NCBI GenBank assembly: GCA_016218545.1
Contig: JACRDQ010000020.1
Span: forward strand, 34,455 to 98,454
DNA length: 64,000 bases
Source: Elusimicrobiota bacterium
GTDB taxonomy: Bacteria; Elusimicrobiota; Elusimicrobia; UBA1565; UBA9628
Direction of reading: 5' to 3'
The position numbers and the translations under genes were made by a program. Shown one piece after another: positions 56,455 to 64,000 of this stretch. The notes below the pieces were generated by a model that was given only the letters and a program-made list of their open reading frames with translations, searched no databases and was not told the DNA's origin. Numbering within the stretch: the first letter of the stretch is position 1; each line of letters opens with the position of its first letter.

Positions 56455-57759
56455 ATGAAACTGCTTCTCGTCCTGCCCACCACCGTCGACAAAAACGGCG
56501 TGCCCACCCGCTCCAAGATGCGCTGGGTGCTCGGCCTTGCCATGCCCTACGTCGCGGCCCTGACGCCTCCCTGGGTGGACGTGAAGATCGTCGACGACCG
56601 CCTCAACGACATCGACTACGACGGAGGCTGGGACATGGTGGGCCTCAACACCACCATCGCCACCTGCACCCGGGCCTACCAGATCGCGGACGAATTCAGG
56701 AAGCGCGGGGTCGCGGTGGTCATGGGCGGCTTCCACGCCACCCTCTTGCCGGAGGAGTGCCTCCAGCACGCCGACGCGGTGGTCGAGGGCGAGGCCGAGC
56801 ACGTCTGGCCTCAGCTCCTCGAGGACTTCAAGGCCGGCAAGATGCGCCGGCGCTACCGCGCCGACAAGCTCCACGACCTCAAGGGCCTGCCCCTCCCCCG
56901 CTGGGACCTCATGGACCGGCGCAGGTACCTGGCGCCCTACATGCCGATCCAGACCACTCGGGGCTGCCCCTTCCACTGCAGCTATTGCGAGGTGCCGGTC
57001 TTCTACGGCGGCACCTACCGCCACCGGCCGGTCGGCGAGGTCCTTTCGGACATCAAGCACATCCCCACCCGCAAGGTCCAGATCGTCGACGACAACATCG
57101 TGGGCAACCGCGCCTACGCCAGGGAGCTCCTCACCGCGATGATCCCGCTGAACGTCCGGTTCAGCTGCCTGTGGACCATCAACACCTCTCGCGACCCGGA
57201 GATCCTCGACCTGGCCAAGAAGGCCGGCATCTACCACGTCAACATCGGCATCGAGTCCATCTCGCAGAAGTCCCTGCTCTCGGCCAACAAGAGGCAGAAC
57301 CAGGTCAAGGACTACATCGACATGCTCGGCGCGCTCGAGAAGCGCGGCATCTTCTACTCCCTCAACTTCATGTTCGGCCTCGACGAGGACACCCCGGAGA
57401 TCTTCGCGGAGACCATGGACTTCCTCAAGCAGATCAAGGCCCCTATGGTCTTCTTCAACACCGCCACCCCGCGGACCGGCACGGCCATGCGCGCCCAGCT
57501 CGAGAAGGAGGGCCGCATCCTCAACCCCGTGGCCGACCGCTACACCGGCATGGAGTGCCTCTACGTGCCCAAGAACATGACGCCGCGGCAGGTCGAGGAC
57601 GGGGTCTGGAAGTGCTTCCGGGATTTCTACTCGCCGCTCGCCATCGCCAAGCGCTTCCTCTGGCCCCCGCAGTGGGCGTACCTGGGCCAGGGCCTGCCCT
57701 CCAACATCATCTTCTCCTGGGCCGTGCGCAGGAAGAAGGACCCGGTCGACTTCTACTAG
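56455..57759 (+). CDS. B12-binding-domain radical-SAM protein.
   Basis: N-terminal B12-binding region (VAVVMGGFHATL), canonical RGCPFHCSYC motif. TGGTATAAT extended -10 about 10 nt upstream. Confidence 0.8.
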   Translation: MKLLLVLPTTVDKNGVPTRSKMRWVLGLAMPYVAALTPPWVDVKIVDDRLNDIDYDGGWDMVGLNTTIATCTRAYQIADEFRKRGVAVVMGGFHATLLPEECLQHADAVVEGEAEHVWPQLLEDFKAGKMRRRYRADKLHDLKGLPLPRWDLMDRRRYLAPYMPIQTTRGCPFHCSYCEVPVFYGGTYRHRPVGEVLSDIKHIPTRKVQIVDDNIVGNRAYARELLTAMIPLNVRFSCLWTINTSRDPEILDLAKKAGIYHVNIGIESISQKSLLSANKRQNQVKDYIDMLGALEKRGIFYSLNFMFGLDEDTPEIFAETMDFLKQIKAPMVFFNTATPRTGTAMRAQLEKEGRILNPVADRYTGMECLYVPKNMTPRQVEDGVWKCFRDFYSPLAIAKRFLWPPQWAYLGQGLPSNIIFSWAVRRKKDPVDFY

Positions 57760-57770
57760 ACCGGGCTAGG

Positions 57771-58856
57771 TCAGAGGCCGAACCACCCGCGCCGGAACAC
57801 CCGGAAGCCCGTCTTGACGACCCGGGCCAGCTCGTCGGGCGACAGGACCATGACTTCCTCCACGCCCAGCCGCGCCATGACGCCGTGCACCTCGGGGAGC
57901 TCCCAGAAGGCCCGCGCCGCGGCGAGACCCTCCCTGCCCGGGGCGTCGAACCCGACCGTCAACCTCGGGCCCCGTCCCGCGTCCGCCATGAAGAGCCAGC
58001 AGGACTTGAGCGCCGGATAACCGGCCGCGCTGCGCTTGATGGGAGCCAGGACCTCGTCCGACGGCGGCTCGGGCGCGGCGGAGAAGCGCTGGGTCTCGGC
58101 CGCGGCCGCGGCGGGAGCGGCCCTGCTGCGGCGGAAGACCTCGAGCGCCACGGGCTGGAGCTCCCGAATGATCGCCGGCCCGACGACCACGGCGTCCGAG
58201 ACCCCGCAGCGCACCAGGGCGCGCCGCACCGGGCCCAGGGCCATGAAGGCCTGGACGCATTCGCTGCCGTGGAGGCCGGAGACCTCGAAGCCGATGGTCC
58301 GGTGCGGCCTGCCGCCTTTCTCCACGCAGAAGAGCCAGCAGGAGTCGATGTCGGGCCTCGACGCCCCGGCTTCCTTGAGGGCGGAAAGGACGTCATCGCC
58401 CACCGGAGGCATGGGGAGGTAGCGGGGAGCGTCCGACTCGGCGCCCGGGGCCGGCGCTCCCGGGATGGCGCCCGCGGCCAGGGCCTGGAACGCCGAGCGC
58501 TCGAGCATGACCCCGGCGCCGTAAGGGTCGATCATGATGGAATCGATGCGCGGCTCGGCCGCGGAGGCCATCTGGAAGACCACCCGGGCGTCGAAGGCCA
58601 TGACCTCCATGCCCGGAGGCAGGGTCTTCTTCATTTCCTCGGGGTTCGTGAAGACCGGAAGGCCGGTGCGGCCGCCGGAGCGGGTGAACATGAGCCCGAC
58701 CGGCGCCCCCTGCTGGGGCAGCTGCACCGGGACGATGAGCCTGGCCCGGAGGAGCTCCTCGTAGACCTGCGGGGACGGACGCCCGGCCTCGCCCGGGCGG
58801 GGCCTGCCGAGACACGCCCTGAGCCGCTGGTTGTCGGGCAGGTCCATGGCTGACAT
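57771..58856 (-). CDS. SseB-family-like protein with duplicated domain.
   Basis: LIVPVQL...GLPVFTNPEEM resembles the SseB N-terminal domain. A second CWLF-containing repeat follows. Confidence 0.4.
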   Translation of the reverse strand: MSAMDLPDNQRLRACLGRPRPGEAGRPSPQVYEELLRARLIVPVQLPQQGAPVGLMFTRSGGRTGLPVFTNPEEMKKTLPPGMEVMAFDARVVFQMASAAEPRIDSIMIDPYGAGVMLERSAFQALAAGAIPGAPAPGAESDAPRYLPMPPVGDDVLSALKEAGASRPDIDSCWLFCVEKGGRPHRTIGFEVSGLHGSECVQAFMALGPVRRALVRCGVSDAVVVGPAIIRELQPVALEVFRRSRAAPAAAAAETQRFSAAPEPPSDEVLAPIKRSAAGYPALKSCWLFMADAGRGPRLTVGFDAPGREGLAAARAFWELPEVHGVMARLGVEEVMVLSPDELARVVKTGFRVFRRGWFGL

Positions 58857-58870
58857 TGTACCAGTTTCCC

Positions 58871-58891
58871 GGGGCGGCTCCCGCCCCTTTT
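58871..58891 (+). terminator. GC hairpin GGGGCGG-CTC-CCGCCCC followed by TTTT. Looks like an intrinsic terminator, but sits upstream of a promoter.
   Basis: Perfect 7-bp stem, 3-nt loop, T-tract 58888-58891. Confidence 0.35.
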
Positions 58892-58899
58892 GATATCAT
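58891..58899 (+). promoter_or_regulatory. Extended -10 box TGATATCAT for the gene at 58909 (near-leaderless).
   Basis: Same TTTGATATCATG motif as at 47451. Preceded by a GC hairpin plus T-tract. Confidence 0.4.
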
Positions 58900-58908
58900 G
58901 CATCCGGC

Positions 58909-61116
58909 ATGTCCCATCGCGACCTCCGTTGGCCGGCCTGGGCCGCGGCCGGCCTGGCCGCGGCCGCGCTCTGCGCCTGGCGCATGCACGAAAGCGCGGT
59001 CTTCGGAGCCGGCGAAGCCTTCCACGAGAGCCTGACCCACGGAGAGGCGCTCCTGCACTCCGTGGCCTCGGATCCGGGCGTGACCTACCGCATGCCGCTC
59101 TCCGGCATCGCCTTGTCCCTGTTCCGGAACCACCTCGGGGAAGGGGCTCGGCTGGCGACCGGCTTCGTCATCCTGCTGGCTCCGGCCCTCCTGGCCTTCC
59201 AGGCCGGGCTCCTCCTGGCAGGAGCGCGGGCAGGCTTGCTCGCGGCCCTGCTCTGCAGCCTGCCCCTGGGCTTCAACGCCGCAGCCGGGCACGAGGAGCA
59301 GCTCTACCGCATCATCCTCCTGTTGACCGCGTGCCTGGCAGCCCAGCGCGCGTCCCGGCCGGGACTGGCCGCGAGCGCGGGCCTGGGCCTGGCCTTGGGA
59401 GCCGGACTGCTCGTCCGGTCCCCCCTCTTCCTGTTCCCCTTGGTCCTGGCTGCCTGGGACCTCGTCAGACCCGGCCCTGCCAGGGACCGCGGCCCGGTCT
59501 GGAGCCTGCTGGTCCTGCTGTGCCTGCCGTTCCTGTTCCTCCTGCCATGGGCCGGCCTCAACAGCCGTCTGGGCCTGGGCCCCGTCCTCCTCGAGCACGG
59601 CAGGGCGGACGCGAACATCGTATCAGCCGCCCTGGGCCTGGTGCCCACCCAGGCCGGAGGCTCTCTCATGCCCTCAGGGCTCGAGGCTGGGGAGGGCGCC
59701 CTGTCCTGGGCCGTGTCCGAGGTCCTCCGCCATCCGGGCCGCTATGCCCTGGGAGTCCTGGCCAGGCTGTGGTTCGTGTTCCAGCTCCAGCCCCTGCTCA
59801 TCCTGGCCGCGGCCGCGGGGGCCTGGCTCAACCGCCGGAGAGCCGGGGTCCCGGAGACCGCCCTGCTCGCCGCATACTTCATCGCCGTCCACTGCCTCCT
59901 GTCCGTGGAAGGCCGGTACTTCGAGCCCCTCTGGCCCGTGCTGGCGGTCCTGGCCTCCTGCGTCCCGGCTGCCCGGGGGTCTGCCAAGCCCGCGGCCAGG
60001 CCCTGGCTGGCCTGGGGAGCAGGGGCCGGGGTCCTCGGCCTCGCGCTCGCCGCGGAATGGCGCGTCTGCGCCTACGCCAGGGGAGGCTCCGAGGAAGAGG
60101 CCTTCTCCCAAGCCCTTGCCAGGAACCCCGAAGACCCATGGCTGTGGTTCCTCTCCGGCCGCCGCCGCCTGCGCCTGGGAGAGCCTGAGCTCGCGCTCAG
60201 CGACCTTGCCAAGGCCGCGTCCCTGGAGCCCGGCCATTTCCCGTTCGAATCCTCCAAGGCCTGGGCCATGACGGCGGCGGGCCGCCTGGACGCCGACGGC
60301 CTCAAGGCCGCGGCCGCCGGGTGGAGGGGCGGCTTGGCCTGGGATTGGAGCCAGGAGGAGAAGGACTTCCTGGCCTCGGCCCTGGGTCTGCTGAGGGCTC
60401 TGGCCCTGCCGCCTCGGGCCCAGGCCTCGGCCGGAGTCCCCGGCCTCTGGCTGGAGGTCGAGTCCGCCTGGCGCGGCCGCTCTGGAGGCAGGTCCGCTCC
60501 CGCGGACGCAGCCCTCGAGCACCCAAGGCTTGCCATGGCCAGGCACCTGCAGGCGCTCGCCGCTGCCTGGCCCGCGGAACAGCGCCTCTCCATCATGCAG
60601 GCCCTGGCAGCCAAGACCCCGGAGACCGGGCTCGGACGCGAGACCGCGCTCCTGGCCGAGGACCTGGCCCGCGCCGACCTCAAGGCAGGACGTAAAGGGA
60701 GCGGGCTCAAGGTCATGGAAACCCTGGCGGCTGCGAACCGCGACCCGGAGCTCCTGGCCAGACTGGCGCTCCTCTACCAGGAAGCGGGACACCCGGGCCG
60801 GGCCCTGGAGACGCTCGACGCCGCCTCGCGTCTCAAGCCCGCAGACAGCCGCGTGGCCAACAGCCGCGGGGTCGCCCTCTCCCTGTTGGGCCGCAAGGCC
60901 GAGGCCCGCCGGGAGTTCGAGACGGCCATCCGTCTCGACCCCGGCCTGCTTGCGGCCTACCTCTCCCTCGGCGGCCTGCAGGCCGCCGAAGGCGATCGGG
61001 ATGCCGCGCTCAGGACCTTCGAAGCGGGAGCGGCAGCCTCCGGGAAGAAGAGCCGCGACCCCATCGCCCGGATGCTGAGGTCCGAGGCGGACCGCCTCAA
61101 CCTCATATCCCAGTGA
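58909..61116 (+). CDS. Polytopic membrane protein (GT-C-like N-terminal region) with C-terminal TPR repeats.
   Basis: About ten hydrophobic helices in the first 400 aa, then TPR-like repeats (ALETLDAASRLKPADSRVANSRGVAL...). TGATATCAT box 10 nt upstream. Confidence 0.6.
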   Translation: MSHRDLRWPAWAAAGLAAAALCAWRMHESAVFGAGEAFHESLTHGEALLHSVASDPGVTYRMPLSGIALSLFRNHLGEGARLATGFVILLAPALLAFQAGLLLAGARAGLLAALLCSLPLGFNAAAGHEEQLYRIILLLTACLAAQRASRPGLAASAGLGLALGAGLLVRSPLFLFPLVLAAWDLVRPGPARDRGPVWSLLVLLCLPFLFLLPWAGLNSRLGLGPVLLEHGRADANIVSAALGLVPTQAGGSLMPSGLEAGEGALSWAVSEVLRHPGRYALGVLARLWFVFQLQPLLILAAAAGAWLNRRRAGVPETALLAAYFIAVHCLLSVEGRYFEPLWPVLAVLASCVPAARGSAKPAARPWLAWGAGAGVLGLALAAEWRVCAYARGGSEEEAFSQALARNPEDPWLWFLSGRRRLRLGEPELALSDLAKAASLEPGHFPFESSKAWAMTAAGRLDADGLKAAAAGWRGGLAWDWSQEEKDFLASALGLLRALALPPRAQASAGVPGLWLEVESAWRGRSGGRSAPADAALEHPRLAMARHLQALAAAWPAEQRLSIMQALAAKTPETGLGRETALLAEDLARADLKAGRKGSGLKVMETLAAANRDPELLARLALLYQEAGHPGRALETLDAASRLKPADSRVANSRGVALSLLGRKAEARREFETAIRLDPGLLAAYLSLGGLQAAEGDRDAALRTFEAGAAASGKKSRDPIARMLRSEADRLNLISQ

Positions 61117-61167
61117 ATCCTCCCCCCATGGTTTGATACCATGGGCCTCACGGAAGGGGGAGGCACG

Positions 61168-62367
61168 ATGATCTTCACGAACGGGCGCATCGAGAAGTAC
61201 GCGGACTCGCTGCTGTGGGGCCTGACCACGGCCCGGCCGGGCTTCAAGAAGGGGGACGTCGTGCTCATCCGCGCCGGCCTGGCAGCCATGCCCCTGGCCG
61301 AGGCCCTGCAGGCGCGGATGCTCGACCGGGGTTGGAACCCGGTGCTCAGGACCGACCCGACCCCGGTCTGGGAGCGGAGCTTCTTCCAGCGCTCGGGCAA
61401 GGGCCAGCGCGCCTTCCTGCCTCCTGGAGAGGAAGCGTTCTACTCGGGCCTCCACGGGCTCGTGGCCCTGCGGGCTCCGGAGTCCATCACCCACCTGCGC
61501 GACGTGGACCCAAAGCGCATCAGCGAGACCGCCATGGCCCGCAAGCCCGTCAGGGAGATCATGAACCGGCGCGAGGAGAAGGGCCTCTTCGGCTGGACCC
61601 TCTGCCTCTACCCCACCCGCGAGCCCGCGGCCACGGCGAAGATGAGCTTCTCCGAGTACGCGCGCCAGATCGAGAAGGCATGCTTTCTCGACGAGATCGA
61701 CCCGGTGCGGCGCTGGAAGGAGATCCACCGCGAGGTGGCCGAGATCAAGAAGGGCTTGAACGGCCTGGGAGCCTGCACGGTCCGGCTCGAGAGCCGGAGC
61801 ATGGACCTCTCCGTCCGCGTGGGCGAGAGGCGCCGCTGGCTGGGCATCAGCGGCCGGAACATCCCCTCCTTCGAGGTCTTCACCTCGCCGGACTGGCGCG
61901 GGGCGCGTGGGGTCTACTACGCGGACCTGCCCTCCTACCGGAGCGGGAACTACATCTCGGGCCTGCGCGTCGAGTTCAAGGACGGCCGGGCCGTCAAGGT
62001 GACGGCCGGGCAGGGCGAGGAGTTCGCGCGCCGCATGACCTCCATGGACGCGGGAGCGGGCCGCATCGGGGAGCTCTCCCTCACGGACCGCCGCTTCTCC
62101 CGCATCGACCGGTTCATGGCCGAGACCCTCTTCGACGAGAACTTCGGCGGCCGCCATGGGAACTCCCACATCGCCATGGGCTCCTCCTACACCGACGCCT
62201 TCGACGGGGACCAGACCAAGCTGACCAAGGCTCGGCGCGAGGGCCTGGGGTTCAACGATTCTTGTCTCCACTGGGACATCATCAACACCGAGGACAAGCG
62301 CGTGACCGCGCGCCTGGCGGGCGGCAGGACCGTCACGGTCTACGAGGACGGGAAGTTCGTCGTCTAG
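61168..62367 (+). CDS. M29-family (aminopeptidase T/PepS-like) aminopeptidase.
   Basis: FDENFGGRHGNSHIAMG region is typical of M29. ATG at 61168 is preceded by a GAAGGGGGAGG RBS. Confidence 0.65.
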   Translation: MIFTNGRIEKYADSLLWGLTTARPGFKKGDVVLIRAGLAAMPLAEALQARMLDRGWNPVLRTDPTPVWERSFFQRSGKGQRAFLPPGEEAFYSGLHGLVALRAPESITHLRDVDPKRISETAMARKPVREIMNRREEKGLFGWTLCLYPTREPAATAKMSFSEYARQIEKACFLDEIDPVRRWKEIHREVAEIKKGLNGLGACTVRLESRSMDLSVRVGERRRWLGISGRNIPSFEVFTSPDWRGARGVYYADLPSYRSGNYISGLRVEFKDGRAVKVTAGQGEEFARRMTSMDAGAGRIGELSLTDRRFSRIDRFMAETLFDENFGGRHGNSHIAMGSSYTDAFDGDQTKLTKARREGLGFNDSCLHWDIINTEDKRVTARLAGGRTVTVYEDGKFVV

Positions 62368-62678
62368 GAGCCTGAGCAATTAGTGGCATGCCCCTGCGAA
62401 CCCCGAGCCTGAGCCGGATGCAAGGCGCGACGACCGAGCATGCCGAGGCATGTGAGGGAGAAGCAACGCAGCAGCCGGCCAGGGGAGGGTTTCCCCTCCC
62501 CATATCAGGAATTGCGCGGGCCTTGCCTGCGCAATTCCTCTTGGAAAGGGGCCGCTCGCCGTCGGGCTGCGCCTTCGTTGCTCGCCGCTCAGATAGCTAC
62601 GGCTATCCTCGCTTCTCGCGCCTCGGCTCGCTCCAGCGGCGAGCGGCGCAGGGGCATGCCACTAATTGCTCAGGCTCC
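62367..62678. repeat. 312-bp element bounded by perfect 32-bp terminal inverted repeats (GGAGCCTGAGCAATTAGTGGCATGCCCCTGCG) with nested internal hairpins. MITE-like or structured RNA.
   Basis: Left inverted repeat 62367-62398 and right inverted repeat 62647-62678 are exact reverse complements. Internal stems GGGGAGGG-TTT-CCCTCCCC and GGAATTGCGC...GCGCAATTCC. Non-coding. Confidence 0.55.
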
Positions 62679-62780
62679 TGGTAGGCACCTGGTCCCAGCC
62701 CCTGCTGGGCCCTCTGCCGTCCCCTCTTGGGGCCATCGGCCCTCCCTGAGGCCTCCTTGCGGGCCTAAACTCATGGGGCA

Positions 62781-64000
62781 TGATCCCTATCAAGAAAACC
62801 ATCGCCCTCTCCCTGGCCGTCATCCAATGCTCCTGGTCCTTCGGAGCCGCCGACGCCCTGGCCCAGAACATGGTGCAGTCCGCCCGGGTCTCGGGCGTCC
62901 AGCAGACAGGCGTGAGCGTCATCGCTCCCCTCAGCTATTCCCGGACCTCCGCCCTCGCCGGCGCCTCCGTCCTGGGAGGCTCGAACATCCAGGTCACCGG
63001 AGCCCTCCCCTCCCTCTACGCTCCAAGCGTCGGCGTGGAGGCCCAGGGCCCCGACGCCGCGCCGGAGACCATGGTCCCGGCCGGTCTCTCCCCCGAAGCC
63101 CTGACCTTCTCCATGGCCGAAGCCGGACCCCTCCCCGCGGTCCCGGGACGGCTGGCTCCCGCGACCGTCGAGGCCGCTTCCAGGCAGGTCGGGGAAGCCA
63201 TCAAGACCCTGGACCTCTCGCAGACCGCTCCGGCGGAGTCCTCGAAGGGCTCGGCCGAAGGCATCTTCGCCGCGCTGGTGGGAGAGAAGCTCATCAGCCC
63301 CTCAGGCACGGTCGACGCGGCCTCCCCCTCGCCGGTCCGCTCCGCGCTGAGGCGCGGCTTGGGCCTCTTCAAGGCCGCGCCCTCGACCGCCGAGAACGCC
63401 GAGCCCCAGGTCCCTGCTCCGGCCCCGGCGGCCCAGCCGAGCGCCAAGCCCTCGATCTTCCAGCACCCTGCCGCGCGCCGCATCGCGGCCCTGGCAGGCG
63501 CGGTCGCGGTCGCCGCCTTGGCTCCCCTGCTGACCGCCAACGTCGGGCTCGTGGCCGCGGCCGGAAGCATCACGCTCAGCGTCATCGGCATCCCGCAGAT
63601 CATCCACAATTTCCGGGCAGGCAAGGAGGGCGTCAAGGAGCTCGCCATCGCCAGCCCCCTCATCTGGTTCGCGGCCGCGACCCTGCTCACCGTGGTCTCC
63701 ATCGGCCAGGGCTCGAGCATGTGGTGGAACGCCGCCAACATCGCGGGCGTGCTCGAGAGCGCGGCCGTGCTCGGCCAGATCAACTGGTACAAGAGGGACG
63801 CGAAGGCCCTCAAAGCCACGCTCGCGACCGTGGGCGCGGTCCTGGCGCCCCTCCCCCTGATCGCCATGCAGGCCTTCATGCCGCTCACGGCCTGGGTGGA
63901 CCTGGCCTTCACCGCGGCCATGGGCCTGCTCTGGGTGCTCAACTGGCCCCAGATCAAGCAGAACTACAGGCTCTTCAAGGAAGAGGGACGGGCTCCCAAG
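62781..64000 (+). CDS. PQ-loop repeat membrane protein with long Ala/Pro-rich N-terminal extension. 3' end is outside the window.
   Basis: Open frame with strong GC3 bias from ATG 62781 to the window end. The track does not list it because no stop falls within the window. Two PQ-loop motifs (GIPQIIHNF, NWPQIKQNY). N-terminal signal peptide. Confidence 0.55.

Noticed and set aside
59674-62379. 901-aa minus-strand ORF
   Set aside because: Antisense to the GT-C/TPR membrane protein and the M29 aminopeptidase. Low-complexity translation.
1-64000. CRISPR arrays, tRNA/rRNA genes, transposase or integrase genes
   Set aside because: No regularly spaced direct repeats, no cloverleaf-like conserved tRNA segments in intergenic regions and no recognisable transposase or recombinase ORFs were seen. 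The only mobile-element-like feature is the inverted-repeat-bounded non-coding element at 62367-62678.

Overview
This is a 64-kb window of roughly 70% GC bacterial chromosome. Most of it is ordinary: about 48 protein-coding genes, many in translationally coupled operons, no rRNA, tRNA or CRISPR detected, and many long antisense ORFs that I discount as high-GC artefacts. Confident core genes are S-adenosylhomocysteine hydrolase (ahcY), pyruvate phosphate dikinase (ppdK), galT, folD, rsgA, an M16 peptidase, an M14 carboxypeptidase, a GH13 glycosidase, MFS, YfcC and MarC transporters, a hybrid sensor histidine kinase and a LonC-like protease. The first 17.8 kb is the candidate novel system. It is a dense cluster of at least seven canonical radical-SAM domains in five proteins. 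Two of these are B12-binding-type radical-SAM proteins, and a third is a unique B12-binding-plus-second-radical-SAM fusion. A fourth protein has a B12-like variant CX4CX2C motif and two are SPASM/anSME-like. The cluster also holds two large paralogous proteins carrying an unusual C-x10-C-x13/14-C-x2-C motif. It further encodes a U32-like Fe-S protein, a degenerate adenylate-forming enzyme, an ATP-grasp protein and a C45 Ntn acyltransferase, and it ends at ahcY. I read this as a possibly undescribed anaerobic peptide or lipid tailoring pathway. Non-coding features are a three-copy dispersed palindromic repeat family, a 70-bp perfect AT-rich palindrome in a divergent promoter, a 312-bp element with 32-bp perfect terminal inverted repeats (MITE-like or structured RNA), and recurrent extended -10 boxes (TGnTATCAT or TATAAT) placed so that several genes look leaderless. 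Gene starts come from a longest-ORF track that allows alternative start codons, so they are approximate.
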